Shown here: piece by piece, positions 28,004-37,477 of the stretch
How the letters are laid out: each line of letters opens with the position of its first letter
Numbering within the stretch: position 1 is the stretch's first letter
Origin: an uncultured Bacteroidales bacterium
Lineage (GTDB): Bacteria; Bacteroidota; Bacteroidia; Bacteroidales; Bacteroidaceae
DNA: 64,000 bases
Reading direction: 5' to 3'
Assembly: GCA_902802285.1 (NCBI GenBank)
Contig: CADCLI010000001.1
Coordinates: 4,010-68,009, forward strand
Translations under genes and position numbers: made by a program
Notes under the pieces: generated by a model
The model's input: only the letters and a program-made list of their open reading frames with translations
Databases searched by the model: none
What the model was told of the DNA's origin: nothing

Positions 28004-29085
28004 TTCCATACAGAATCTGTATATGCGGTGGAGGAAATCTAGCCCATGTGGTGGGCGGATATCTGGCAGCCAAACCCGAGTGTGAGGTAAGGTTGCTAAC
28101 CCGTTATCCGGAAAAATGGCAGCCCGAAGGTATCTTGAAACTTACTGATAACAATGGTAAGATTTTCAATTCAAGATTTACCCTTATAAGCTCAAATCCT
28201 TCCCAGACTATAACAGGAGCCGATATGGTTTTGGTCTGCCTGCCCGGATTCGCAATTGCACAGGTTCTTGAATCAATCAAAGATTACATAAGTAAGGAAA
28301 CTGTAGTAGGTTCTATCGTCTCAAGTACAGGTTTCTTTCTTATGGCTAAAAAGATATTACCTGCCGGAACCAAATTGTTCGGTTTCCAGCGTGTACCCTT
28401 TATAGCCCGAACCAATGAATATGGAAAATCCGCTTCACTTCTTGGTTACAAACCTTCATTGACTTATGCTTCAATGAATATAAACGACATACAAAGTTTT
28501 AGTCGGACTATTTCAGCTCTCTTTGATGTTTCTGTTACATGGCTTGACAGTTATCTCAAGGTTACCCTTACTAACAGTAACCCTTTGTTGCATCCTTGCC
28601 GCCTTTATGGGATGTTCGGAAGAGGAAAAACAGCGTTTGACAAACCAATTCTTTTTTATGAAGAATGGGATAACTTCAGTTCTGAAATGTTAATTGACTG
28701 TGATCTTGAATTTAGACATCTACTTGACAAGTTGGATATCGCCAGAAATGAAATTGTTCCCATTCTAGATTATTATGAGAGTCATGACTCCCTGTCCCTT
28801 ACTGAAAAAATCAGGTCTATCCAGGCTTTCAAAGGACTCCAAGCTCCAATGATACAATTATCTGACGGCTATTATTATCCAGATTGGAATAACAGATATT
28901 TTACTGAAGATATACCTTTTGGGCTTCTAATTATCAAGGCGTTTTGTCGCAAATACGGAATTGACACTCCAAAGATTGACACAATATTGAGATGGGCACA
29001 AACAGGTATGAATAAGCAATACATAGTTGGTAAGGATTTGACCGGAAAAGATATTCATCAAACAATAGTTGACTATGTGGACTGA
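28000..29085 (+). CDS. NAD(P)-dependent oxidoreductase, octopine/nopaline dehydrogenase-like (GpsA-like N-terminal Rossmann domain)
   Basis: Rossmann motif ICICGGGNLAHVVGGYLA, and a central TNSNPLLHPCRLYGMF like the Octopine_DH helical domain. The start overlaps the upstream stop (ATGA at 28000-28003). Confidence 0.55.
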   Translation: MIPYRICICGGGNLAHVVGGYLAAKPECEVRLLTRYPEKWQPEGILKLTDNNGKIFNSRFTLISSNPSQTITGADMVLVCLPGFAIAQVLESIKDYISKETVVGSIVSSTGFFLMAKKILPAGTKLFGFQRVPFIARTNEYGKSASLLGYKPSLTYASMNINDIQSFSRTISALFDVSVTWLDSYLKVTLTNSNPLLHPCRLYGMFGRGKTAFDKPILFYEEWDNFSSEMLIDCDLEFRHLLDKLDIARNEIVPILDYYESHDSLSLTEKIRSIQAFKGLQAPMIQLSDGYYYPDWNNRYFTEDIPFGLLIIKAFCRKYGIDTPKIDTILRWAQTGMNKQYIVGKDLTGKDIHQTIVDYVD

Positions 29086-30325
29086 ATCATTGACATCCTC
29101 TTTCCAGAGTATAATGGCTGCATTGAAACTCAATATCTATGTATGTCTTTATAACTTGCATCTGAAGATCTTACTCCCAAAGATCTCCAAGCATAAACCT
29201 ATTAGGATTATGTTTTATGTCAATAATTTGTCCATGTGGAAAGGAGACAAACTGTTGGATTTACTAAAAAAGGATGATAGATTCGAGCCTTTTGCCGTTT
29301 CATATCTCTACTCATATCATTCCACAAAGGAAAATACAGAATGCGAACAGGAACTATCATCACATTTCAGTTCATTAGGTGTTCGTTATTTTAGTGGCTT
29401 TGATTTTATACGAAACAAAAATATTTCCATTTCCGAGTTTAAACCAGACATCATCTTTTTTCCTCAACCGTACATTAATTACAGATCTGCCATTCCGTTG
29501 AATGCCCTTTTGTCATATATTCCATACGGATTCAGCATAGAAGACTCCAAGAAATTTCATAATTCGTTATATCAGAATGTATGCTGGAAATATTTTGTTA
29601 CAAACCAGTTGCAAAAAGAGTTGAAAACAAAATATAATATAAATCACGGAGTAAATGTCGTCGTTTCAGGAGATCCGTTAGCTGATTATTTCTTTGACGG
29701 ACATACACCATCTTCTGACAGTTGGCCTATCAATAATCCTCAAATCAAAAGGATAATTTGGGCTCCCCACCATTCAATCACTCCACAAGATTGGCTAAAT
29801 TATTCCAACTTTCTGGAAATTGCGGACGATATGCTTAATTTGGCAAAAGAGTACAATGACAAAGCTCAGTTCGTATTCAAGCCCCATCCTATGCTCAAAG
29901 ATAAACTATACAAGCTTGATAGCTGGGGAGTTGAAAAAACCGATTCCTACTTTGACGCATGGAAATCATTACCAAACTGCAATTCTGCAGAAGGTAACTA
30001 CGTTGACCTATTCATGTCTTCTGATGCCATGATTCATGATTGTAGTGCTTTTACTGCTGAATATCTGTATGTAAACAAGCCTGTAATGTATTTGACAAAA
30101 GAAGAAAGAATGGAATCATTCAATCAGTTTGCAAATGAATGTTTCAAGGTACATTATCATGGCTCCTCTATCTCAGACATAAAAAATTTCATCGACAATG
30201 TCATTAAGGGTATAGATCCTTTGGCTGATGAAAGAACAAAATTGATTAAAGAACAATTAAGGCCCAAAGGCAATGAAACAGTTGCCGGAACCATATATAA
30301 GGAACTTTGTAAAATATTTGAATAA
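29069..30325 (+). CDS. CDP-glycerol/polyol-phosphate transferase-like protein (TagB/TagF, Glyphos_transf family)
   Basis: IIWAPHHS and FVFKPHPML resemble the YAPTWR / KxHP motifs of TagB/F enzymes. The start is uncertain (29069, 29114 or later); 29069 overlaps the upstream gene by 17 nt. Confidence 0.6.
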   Translation: MTMWTESLTSSFQSIMAALKLNIYVCLYNLHLKILLPKISKHKPIRIMFYVNNLSMWKGDKLLDLLKKDDRFEPFAVSYLYSYHSTKENTECEQELSSHFSSLGVRYFSGFDFIRNKNISISEFKPDIIFFPQPYINYRSAIPLNALLSYIPYGFSIEDSKKFHNSLYQNVCWKYFVTNQLQKELKTKYNINHGVNVVVSGDPLADYFFDGHTPSSDSWPINNPQIKRIIWAPHHSITPQDWLNYSNFLEIADDMLNLAKEYNDKAQFVFKPHPMLKDKLYKLDSWGVEKTDSYFDAWKSLPNCNSAEGNYVDLFMSSDAMIHDCSAFTAEYLYVNKPVMYLTKEERMESFNQFANECFKVHYHGSSISDIKNFIDNVIKGIDPLADERTKLIKEQLRPKGNETVAGTIYKELCKIFE

Positions 30326-31816
30326 ATGGCAGAAAACCTGAAATCGCAAACCGTAAGAGGTGTATGGTGGAGTTTCCTTGAAAGATATTCCACACAGGGG
30401 GTTTCTTTCCTTATAACCCTATTCATGGCCCGCATCCTTTCTCCAGGCGAATACGGATTAATAGGAATGATTGCCATTTTCATGGCTCTTGGACAGGTTT
30501 TTATTGACGGTGGTTTTGCCAATGCTTTAATCCAGAAAGAGACCCGAACTGAAACCGATTTTTCTACAGTTTTCTGGATAAATGTCTCAATAGGTTTTCT
30601 TTCATATTTAATCCTGTTTTTTGCAGCTCCGATTATTGCGTCTTTCTACAATGAAGAAATACTCATACCCATCATAAAGATTTACGGCCTCAACCTTGTG
30701 TTATCATCGCTTGCCGGCGTAAACAAAGTCAAACTGGTTATTGACATAAACTTCAGGACACAACTAAAGATATCATTGATTTCGGCCATTACCTCAGGCA
30801 TAACAGGTATTATATGTGCATTGAAGGGTTGCGGAGTATGGGCAATCGTAGCACAATCAAACGTAGCCGCAGCTCTTACGGCTGTGCTTAGTTTTGTATT
30901 TGTCAAATGGAAGCCTTCGCTTACTTTTTCACGGGAATCTTTCAAGTCGTTGTTCTCTTTTGGATCCAAACTATTGGTGGCGCAAATCATAAGTACTGCA
31001 TACACATATCTTTATAACATTGTTATTGGCAAGAAATACACAAAGGCGGAATTGGGTTTGTACACTAAAGCCGGTCTGTTTTCACAAATGGTAAGTACAT
31101 ATCTCACATCAGCAATGACCAGAGTTTCCTTCCCCGTTCTTAGTCGAGTTCAAAATGAAGATGACCAACTGATGGGAGCATACAGAAAATTCATAGGTAT
31201 GGTCGCTTTTATTGTCTTTCCTATTGCTCTTGGAGTATGCGGGATGGCCAGACCGCTAATATTGTCGCTTATTACCGAGAAATGGTTGGGTTGTGTACCC
31301 TTTATACAGATTCTGATATTTGCATATCTGTGTGACGGTATTACCATTGTTAATTTGAACCTGCTTTACGTTAAAGGCAAGTCTAATGTGGTTTTGCGTC
31401 TGGAAATCATTAAAAAAACAATTGCTATTACGATGCTATTTATAGCGGCACGATATGGAATAAAAGCTATCTGCTGTAGTCAGGTCATTTATGCAATTAT
31501 TGCTCTGATTCTCAATACAAGGAACACAAAGAAACTCTTGAATTATGGTTTGCTGAGCCAAATCAAGGATTTATTCCCATACTTTATCTGCTCACTTGTC
31601 ATAATGGCAATTGCCCTTGGAATGGACCATTTACTCAATAATAGTTGGATTGTCCTGGGCTTGTGCATTATTATTTGCCCAACGGTTTATCTCCTACTGT
31701 GTTATGCTTTCAATTTAAAAGCATTGAATGAGATGGCCTCAATAATAGCATCTAACCAGTATTGTCCTGGATGGCTCTGCAGGATCCTAGTTAAAATATA
31801 TCCCGAACTGAAATGA
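30326..31816 (+). CDS. wzx: Wzx-type oligosaccharide flippase (MOP superfamily, Polysacc_synt)
   Basis: 496 aa with about 12-14 hydrophobic helices. The N-terminal LKSQTVRGVWWSFLERYSTQGVSFLITLFMARILSPGEYGL is typical of Wzx/RfbX. Confidence 0.8.
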   Translation: MAENLKSQTVRGVWWSFLERYSTQGVSFLITLFMARILSPGEYGLIGMIAIFMALGQVFIDGGFANALIQKETRTETDFSTVFWINVSIGFLSYLILFFAAPIIASFYNEEILIPIIKIYGLNLVLSSLAGVNKVKLVIDINFRTQLKISLISAITSGITGIICALKGCGVWAIVAQSNVAAALTAVLSFVFVKWKPSLTFSRESFKSLFSFGSKLLVAQIISTAYTYLYNIVIGKKYTKAELGLYTKAGLFSQMVSTYLTSAMTRVSFPVLSRVQNEDDQLMGAYRKFIGMVAFIVFPIALGVCGMARPLILSLITEKWLGCVPFIQILIFAYLCDGITIVNLNLLYVKGKSNVVLRLEIIKKTIAITMLFIAARYGIKAICCSQVIYAIIALILNTRNTKKLLNYGLLSQIKDLFPYFICSLVIMAIALGMDHLLNNSWIVLGLCIIICPTVYLLLCYAFNLKALNEMASIIASNQYCPGWLCRILVKIYPELK

Positions 31817-32835
31817 TAATAATACTGCTCATATTACTTGCATTAACCTGTATCGGCTTGAAAAAAGCCGATGACCAGGAAGTGTGTCTTAAAAAAGAGC
31901 ACACTGATGCAATTAAAGGCTTTTTCATTATCATTGTTTTTTACAGTCATATATTACCTTATCTTACTTCATCAGGGGTCAGTTTCTCTCCTGTTTGGGA
32001 TATACCTGCCAATAACGTCATAAAAAAAATAGGACAACTGATGGTTGTTATGTTCCTGTTTTATTCAGGTTATGGAGTGATGGAATCAATACAAAGAAAA
32101 GGCGACAGCTATATACGAGCCATACCGGTAAAAAGAGTCCTTTCAACTTTTATAAACTATTCTATTGCCATATTAGTCTTTCTTTTAATGAACTCATTAT
32201 TGGGCATTCATTATCCTTTTAGACAATATCTATTATCCCTTATAGCATGGGAAAGTGTCGGCCAAAGTAACTGGTACATCTTTGCTATTATTTGCTGCTA
32301 CATTTCTACTTATATATCCTTCCTGCTGTTTAAGGAGAAAAGGATAGCTTTTCTTGCCACTCTATTATTACTCGGCGTATATATTTGCTTGCTTCACGAA
32401 TTTAAAGAAAACTGGTGGTACAATATTATTATGTCATATCCTGCAGGAATGATGATTTCACTTTACAAGAAAAACATTATGCCTTTTTTGGAACAGCGTT
32501 ACATTTTATGCCTTTCAGGACTAACACTGTTATTTGTTTTGCTCTTTCATTACAGGAATTCAACGCCCACTTATTTGGCATGCGCTATAACTTTCGCATA
32601 TCTTGTTTTCGTCATTTCTTATAAATTTGTCGTAAAAAATGCTTTTCTGACATGGTGCGGCAATAATTTATTCCAAATATACGTGTACCAGAGGATTCCT
32701 ATGATAGCTCTTTCAAGCCTATTCCCAGATTTTGTAAGATTGCACCATTATATTTATGTTTTAAGCTGTTTGGCTGTAACTATGCTTTTAGCTATTCTCA
32801 TAAAACCGCTTTCTATTAATCTCAACAACAAATAG
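31813..32835 (+). CDS. Acyltransferase family 3 membrane O-acyltransferase
   Basis: 340 aa, polytopic. DAIKGFFIIIVFYSHIL (the D/N..RG....V...H-type N-terminal motif) and NNLFQIYVYQRI near the C-terminus. Confidence 0.7.
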   Translation: MIIILLILLALTCIGLKKADDQEVCLKKEHTDAIKGFFIIIVFYSHILPYLTSSGVSFSPVWDIPANNVIKKIGQLMVVMFLFYSGYGVMESIQRKGDSYIRAIPVKRVLSTFINYSIAILVFLLMNSLLGIHYPFRQYLLSLIAWESVGQSNWYIFAIICCYISTYISFLLFKEKRIAFLATLLLLGVYICLLHEFKENWWYNIIMSYPAGMMISLYKKNIMPFLEQRYILCLSGLTLLFVLLFHYRNSTPTYLACAITFAYLVFVISYKFVVKNAFLTWCGNNLFQIYVYQRIPMIALSSLFPDFVRLHHYIYVLSCLAVTMLLAILIKPLSINLNNK

Positions 32836-32838
32836 AAA

Positions 32839-33798
32839 ATGCAAAAGCCCATTATTTCAGTAATCGTAGCCATCTACAACGCCCAGAAGACCCTGCCCCG
32901 GTTACTGGACAGCCTTAAGGCACAAACCATGCAGGAATTTGAGGCTTTGCTGATAGATGACGGCAGCACAGATGGCTCTGGTTCAGTGTGTGACCGTTAT
33001 GCCGCATCGGACTCCAGGTTCAAGGCTTTCCACAAGCCCAATGAAGGTATCGGCTCTACACGACAATTCGGAATAGAGCATGCCAGTGGAGAGTATACCA
33101 TTCATGCAGATGCCGATGACTGGGTGGAGCCGGATTATTTGAAGGAGCTCTATGACAAGGCCGTTGAAACTGATGCCGATATGGTCATATGTGATTTTTT
33201 TGTAGAGGACCGGAAAAGAACCATTTACAAGAAGCAAGAGCCTTCTTCATTAGACAGGGATTCAATTATAAACGACCTGTTATGCAAATTAAATGATGGA
33301 CCTTGCAACAAACTCCTTAAACGAAAGACTTATCTGGAACAAAACATTTCGTTTATGAAAGAATTGAATTATGGTGAAGACCAGTTATTTAATCTGCAAC
33401 TAATATGGCAAGGAGCATCTGTCTCTTACTTACCGAAAGCACTTTATCACTATGATGTTTCAGCCAATCCGGATTCTGCCGCACATGGCTATTCGCTCAA
33501 AAAAATACAAACCAGAGAAAAGTTCCTGATTGCACTCAACACTCTTCTGCCTGATAAATTTCAGAATGGTATTGACAATAAATACCTTGAGGTTGCTTAT
33601 ATGGCTGTGCAATCCAAGGAATTCACAAAAGCCCAATACCTAGAAAAGTACTCTTTCCTGTCGCGAGTAAAATACTGGGATTACAAGAATAAGGCTTTTT
33701 CTATCAAACTTGTGACCTGGATATCAATTAATTGTTCCTATCGCCTGGCCATATTCCTCTGTGACGTCAAAAAAGTGATACGTCGATTCCGGCGATAA
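32839..33798 (+). CDS. Glycosyltransferase family 2
   Basis: ISVIVAIYNAQKTLPRLLDSL, LLIDDGSTDGS and HADADDW (DxD). The 5' roughly 400 nt are GC-rich and the remainder is AT-rich. Confidence 0.85.
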   Translation: MQKPIISVIVAIYNAQKTLPRLLDSLKAQTMQEFEALLIDDGSTDGSGSVCDRYAASDSRFKAFHKPNEGIGSTRQFGIEHASGEYTIHADADDWVEPDYLKELYDKAVETDADMVICDFFVEDRKRTIYKKQEPSSLDRDSIINDLLCKLNDGPCNKLLKRKTYLEQNISFMKELNYGEDQLFNLQLIWQGASVSYLPKALYHYDVSANPDSAAHGYSLKKIQTREKFLIALNTLLPDKFQNGIDNKYLEVAYMAVQSKEFTKAQYLEKYSFLSRVKYWDYKNKAFSIKLVTWISINCSYRLAIFLCDVKKVIRRFRR

Positions 33799-33835
33799 AC
33801 TATTATTTATAACTTTGGATATAAAAACTTTTTGA

Positions 33836-34666
33836 ATGCAAGATATTTCTGTTTACAACAAGGAAGGTTCACCTTTACGCAAAGCCCAATTGGCTTCGCT
33901 TGATATTCTCATGGAAATAGATAGGGTGTGCAGGGAGAACAACCTGACTTATTGGATGGATTTCGGAACTCTTTTAGGGGCTATACGTCACAAAGGATTC
34001 GTGCCATGGGATGATGACATAGATATAACCATGCCTATCGATGATTTCAATGAATTTATCCGGATAGGTCAATCAAAACTAAAAAAAGGATTCTTTTTGC
34101 AGACAGAAAAGACAGATCCAGGTTCCAACATGGGTAAAGGTCTTTTCAAAGTACGCATGGACGGAACGTTGTTCATTAACGATTTTGACGATTTTTCAAA
34201 AAGTTACCATAAAGGCATTTCAATTGATGTTTTTGCCGAAGAACCATATCCCACTGTTTCTCCACGATTCCTGAACTTCATAAGAAAACGCATAAGCAAG
34301 GCTTTTGGCTTTTTTCATTATAACATAAAACTGAATTTCAAGAATATCGTCTCATACTTTTGCTTTCCAATTTCATATCTCTTTTTTAAAGGTCTGTGGA
34401 TTGTTATCTGCGCTTTGAAAAAGACAGACCGTGAATTTGTCAAGATAGAACGGGTGACCTACGGATATCCTACCCTGAGGACCGACATGTTACCGGTAAG
34501 TCAGATAGAGTTTGAAGGACATATGTTCAATGCTCCAAAAGTTCCGGAAGCAAGACTCAAAAACATATACGGAGACTACATGACCATCCCTCCTGTCGAA
34601 AAACAACGGATTCACGCCAAATTCATAAGCACGGATATTACAGATAATTACGTAAATCTTGATTAA
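33836..34666 (+). CDS. licD: LicD-family phospho(no)-head-group transferase (second paralog)
   Basis: YWMDFGTLLGAIRHKGFVPWDDDIDI and IYGDYMTIPP. It is paralogous to 21035..21859. Confidence 0.8.
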   Translation: MQDISVYNKEGSPLRKAQLASLDILMEIDRVCRENNLTYWMDFGTLLGAIRHKGFVPWDDDIDITMPIDDFNEFIRIGQSKLKKGFFLQTEKTDPGSNMGKGLFKVRMDGTLFINDFDDFSKSYHKGISIDVFAEEPYPTVSPRFLNFIRKRISKAFGFFHYNIKLNFKNIVSYFCFPISYLFFKGLWIVICALKKTDREFVKIERVTYGYPTLRTDMLPVSQIEFEGHMFNAPKVPEARLKNIYGDYMTIPPVEKQRIHAKFISTDITDNYVNLD

Positions 34667-34678
34667 AACTTCTCTGTT

Positions 34679-35776
34679 ATGAAGCAATACGACTATCTGA
34701 TAATAGGAGCCGGCCTCTTTGGCAGCATGTTTGCATTCCGCGCACGCAAGGCCGGTAAAAAATGTCTTGTAATTGACCGCAACCCGCATATCGGAGGAGG
34801 ATGCTACACTGAACAGATTAACGGTATTAATGTTCACAAATACGGTCCTCATATATTTCATACATCAAACAAACAGGTGTGGGATTTCATGAACGGTCTG
34901 GTTCCGTTCAATAATTTCATAAACTCCCCTATTGCCTGTTACAAGGGTAAGCGTTACAACCTGCCTTTCAACATGAACACTTTCCACCAGCTGTGGGGTG
35001 TTAACAATCCAGATGAGGCCAAGGCAATCATTGAAAGCCAAAGGGCCGAATATGCTGACATAGAGGAGCCTGCTAACCTAGAGGAACAGGCGCTCAAACT
35101 GGCCGGACGTGATATATATGAGACACTTGTCAAGGGTTACTCCGAGAAGCAATGGGGAATGAAAGCCACAGAGATACCAGCATTCGTCATCCGTAGACTG
35201 CCTTTCAGATTCGAGTTCAACAACAACTATTTCAACGACACCTTTCAGGGTATTCCCATAGGCGGTTACACTAAAATCTTTGAGAAACTGTTACAAGGTT
35301 GTGAGGTCAGGTTGGAAACGGAGTATTTTGAGAACAGGGAGTATTTTGACGGCTTGGCCGATAAGATAGTCTATACTGGTCAGATCGATGCTTTCTTCAA
35401 CTACCGATTTGGTGAACTTGATTTCCGTTCGCTATGTTTTGAGCATAAGGTATTGGAAGGTGTCAAGGATTTCCAAGGCAATGCCGTTGTCAACTATACC
35501 GAGGCTGAGATTCCTTACACACGGTGCATAGAGCACAAACACTTTGAATTCGGCAGGCAACCCGATACAGTCATAACATACGAGTATTCACGTAAATGGG
35601 AGAAAGGTGCTGCACCCTATTATCCCATAAACAATGACCGAAACAATGATGTGTTTGCCAGGTACGCCCAACTGGCCGCAAAAGAAAAGAACGTAATATT
35701 TGGCGGCCGTCTTGCGGAGTATAAGTATTACGATATGCACCAGATCGTTGAGAAAGTACTGGGAATGGAAATATGA
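34679..35776 (+). CDS. glf: UDP-galactopyranose mutase
   Basis: FAD motif YDYLIIGAGLFGSMFA, then VHKYGPHIFHT and GRLAEYKYYDMHQ. Confidence 0.9.
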   Translation: MKQYDYLIIGAGLFGSMFAFRARKAGKKCLVIDRNPHIGGGCYTEQINGINVHKYGPHIFHTSNKQVWDFMNGLVPFNNFINSPIACYKGKRYNLPFNMNTFHQLWGVNNPDEAKAIIESQRAEYADIEEPANLEEQALKLAGRDIYETLVKGYSEKQWGMKATEIPAFVIRRLPFRFEFNNNYFNDTFQGIPIGGYTKIFEKLLQGCEVRLETEYFENREYFDGLADKIVYTGQIDAFFNYRFGELDFRSLCFEHKVLEGVKDFQGNAVVNYTEAEIPYTRCIEHKHFEFGRQPDTVITYEYSRKWEKGAAPYYPINNDRNNDVFARYAQLAAKEKNVIFGGRLAEYKYYDMHQIVEKVLGMEI

Positions 35777-36396
35777 GCAGAGACTGGACCAAAATAGAGT
35801 CTGAAACCATTGACTGGCTGAGGCCGGTCATGGCTTGCAAGGTATTCATCGCCGTTCTGGCAGTACTGTTCATGATTGACATTTGGTTTCCTGTCTCGGG
35901 ATTCGGAATCAAGGCTACCTTCTTCTTTTCATGGGGCGCACTGTTCTCAATCAAAGGAAAAAGCTTTATCGAATCATTCCGAAAGTTCAGGATACCCTCT
36001 GCAGTACTGTTTGTAATGGGATTGTTTATTATTCCGTTTCTTTGGGACAATCACAGATATCTTTTCAATTCGGCCATACGGTTTTTTATCATAATAGAAT
36101 TGGTTTTCTGTTTCAATTCCGTCTCATCTTTGATTGAAACACAAAAAATACGGGTAAATACACAACTAAAAAACAGCAGTTTCTTTGTATATTGCTCACA
36201 CATGGTGATTGTGGCAAGTGCGGTAATGTGGCTGGTTATGCTACCACCGCAACAAACAGGAATAGTCATGACTTTGCTGTTTGTAATAGGAACCGTTGTG
36301 ATTTTCCTGATCTGTCATTTCATGTATTTGATTTTGGACCGATACTGTCCGTCAATAGCAGGAGTCTTGACAGGCGGACGAAACAATAACAAATAG
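35773..36396 (+). CDS. Membrane protein, possibly a short acyltransferase-3-like protein
   Basis: 207 aa with 5-6 hydrophobic segments. IDWLRPVMA and FFVYCSHMVI faintly resemble Acyl_transf_3 motifs. The gene overlaps glf by 4 nt. Confidence 0.4.
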   Translation: MSRDWTKIESETIDWLRPVMACKVFIAVLAVLFMIDIWFPVSGFGIKATFFFSWGALFSIKGKSFIESFRKFRIPSAVLFVMGLFIIPFLWDNHRYLFNSAIRFFIIIELVFCFNSVSSLIETQKIRVNTQLKNSSFFVYCSHMVIVASAVMWLVMLPPQQTGIVMTLLFVIGTVVIFLICHFMYLILDRYCPSIAGVLTGGRNNNK

Positions 36397-36400
36397 AACT

Positions 36401-37477
36401 ATGAGCAAACTCTTATCAATAATCATTCCCACTTACAACATGGAAGCTCTGCTCCCACGTTGTCTGGACTCACTGCTTGTTCCCGATGCATTGGAACGGT
36501 TGGAAGCAATCGTCGTAAATGACGGAAGCAAGGATGGTTCGCTGGCCATTGCCAACAGTTACAGAGAGCGGTTCCCCGATACCGTTACCGTTATAGACAA
36601 GCCTAACGGCAACTACGGATCGACAATCAATGCCGCCCTGCCCGTAGCAAAGGGAAAATACGTTAAGGTGCTGGATTCGGATGACTGGTTCAAATCCGAT
36701 TCACTTGTACAGTACCTTGACTCACTCCAAAAGGTGGATGCTGATTTCATAGTGACTCACTTTACCATAATACATCCGGGCGGAAAGAAGGAACTGGCCA
36801 AATATAATCTTTACGGCAAGGAGCCTTATGAATACGGTAAAGTGTATGACCTGAGTCATGTTCTTGGCGGTGGGTATATACGTTTCTTCATGATGCACGC
36901 CATTACATACAGGACCGACTTGTTAAGGGAGAACGGCTATGTGCAGACAGAAGGTATATCATATACAGATCTTGAATGGGATACTTATCCTATGTTCTAT
37001 GCAAAGGATGTGGTGTTCTTTGACATAGACCTCTATCAGTACAACATGGACCGTGAAGGACAGACCATGGATCCCAAGGTCCTGAACAAGAGCATTGCAC
37101 AACAGGAAAAGATAACTGAGAAGATATTGGCTTTCCTTGAAAACCGGGGACTTGATAATCTGGACAGTGACAGACAGGCATTCTTGCGTCAGTATTATCT
37201 GAACAGACTCAGACTGATCTGCAAAAGCCATCTGTTTGATATAAACCGTAATGAATTCAACCCTGAGCATTTTGCCCAGTTGGAGGAAAGATACCAAAAG
37301 GTTTGTCAGCGTTTTGAACTGGGTGAGATAAAGCTCTATCCCGAAAACAAGATAATCAGATGCAATGCCATGAAATACTGGCACAGGCATCACAAAAGAT
37401 GGCCTGCATGGTTTGAATTGTTCAACAGAGGTGTCAACGCAATAATGCGAACCCTTTATCTTAAACTGTTCCGATGA
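36401..37477 (+). CDS. Glycosyltransferase family 2
   Basis: LSIIIPTYNMEALLPRCLDSL, VVNDGSKDGS and VLDSDDW (DxD). Confidence 0.85.
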   Translation: MSKLLSIIIPTYNMEALLPRCLDSLLVPDALERLEAIVVNDGSKDGSLAIANSYRERFPDTVTVIDKPNGNYGSTINAALPVAKGKYVKVLDSDDWFKSDSLVQYLDSLQKVDADFIVTHFTIIHPGGKKELAKYNLYGKEPYEYGKVYDLSHVLGGGYIRFFMMHAITYRTDLLRENGYVQTEGISYTDLEWDTYPMFYAKDVVFFDIDLYQYNMDREGQTMDPKVLNKSIAQQEKITEKILAFLENRGLDNLDSDRQAFLRQYYLNRLRLICKSHLFDINRNEFNPEHFAQLEERYQKVCQRFELGEIKLYPENKIIRCNAMKYWHRHHKRWPAWFELFNRGVNAIMRTLYLKLFR

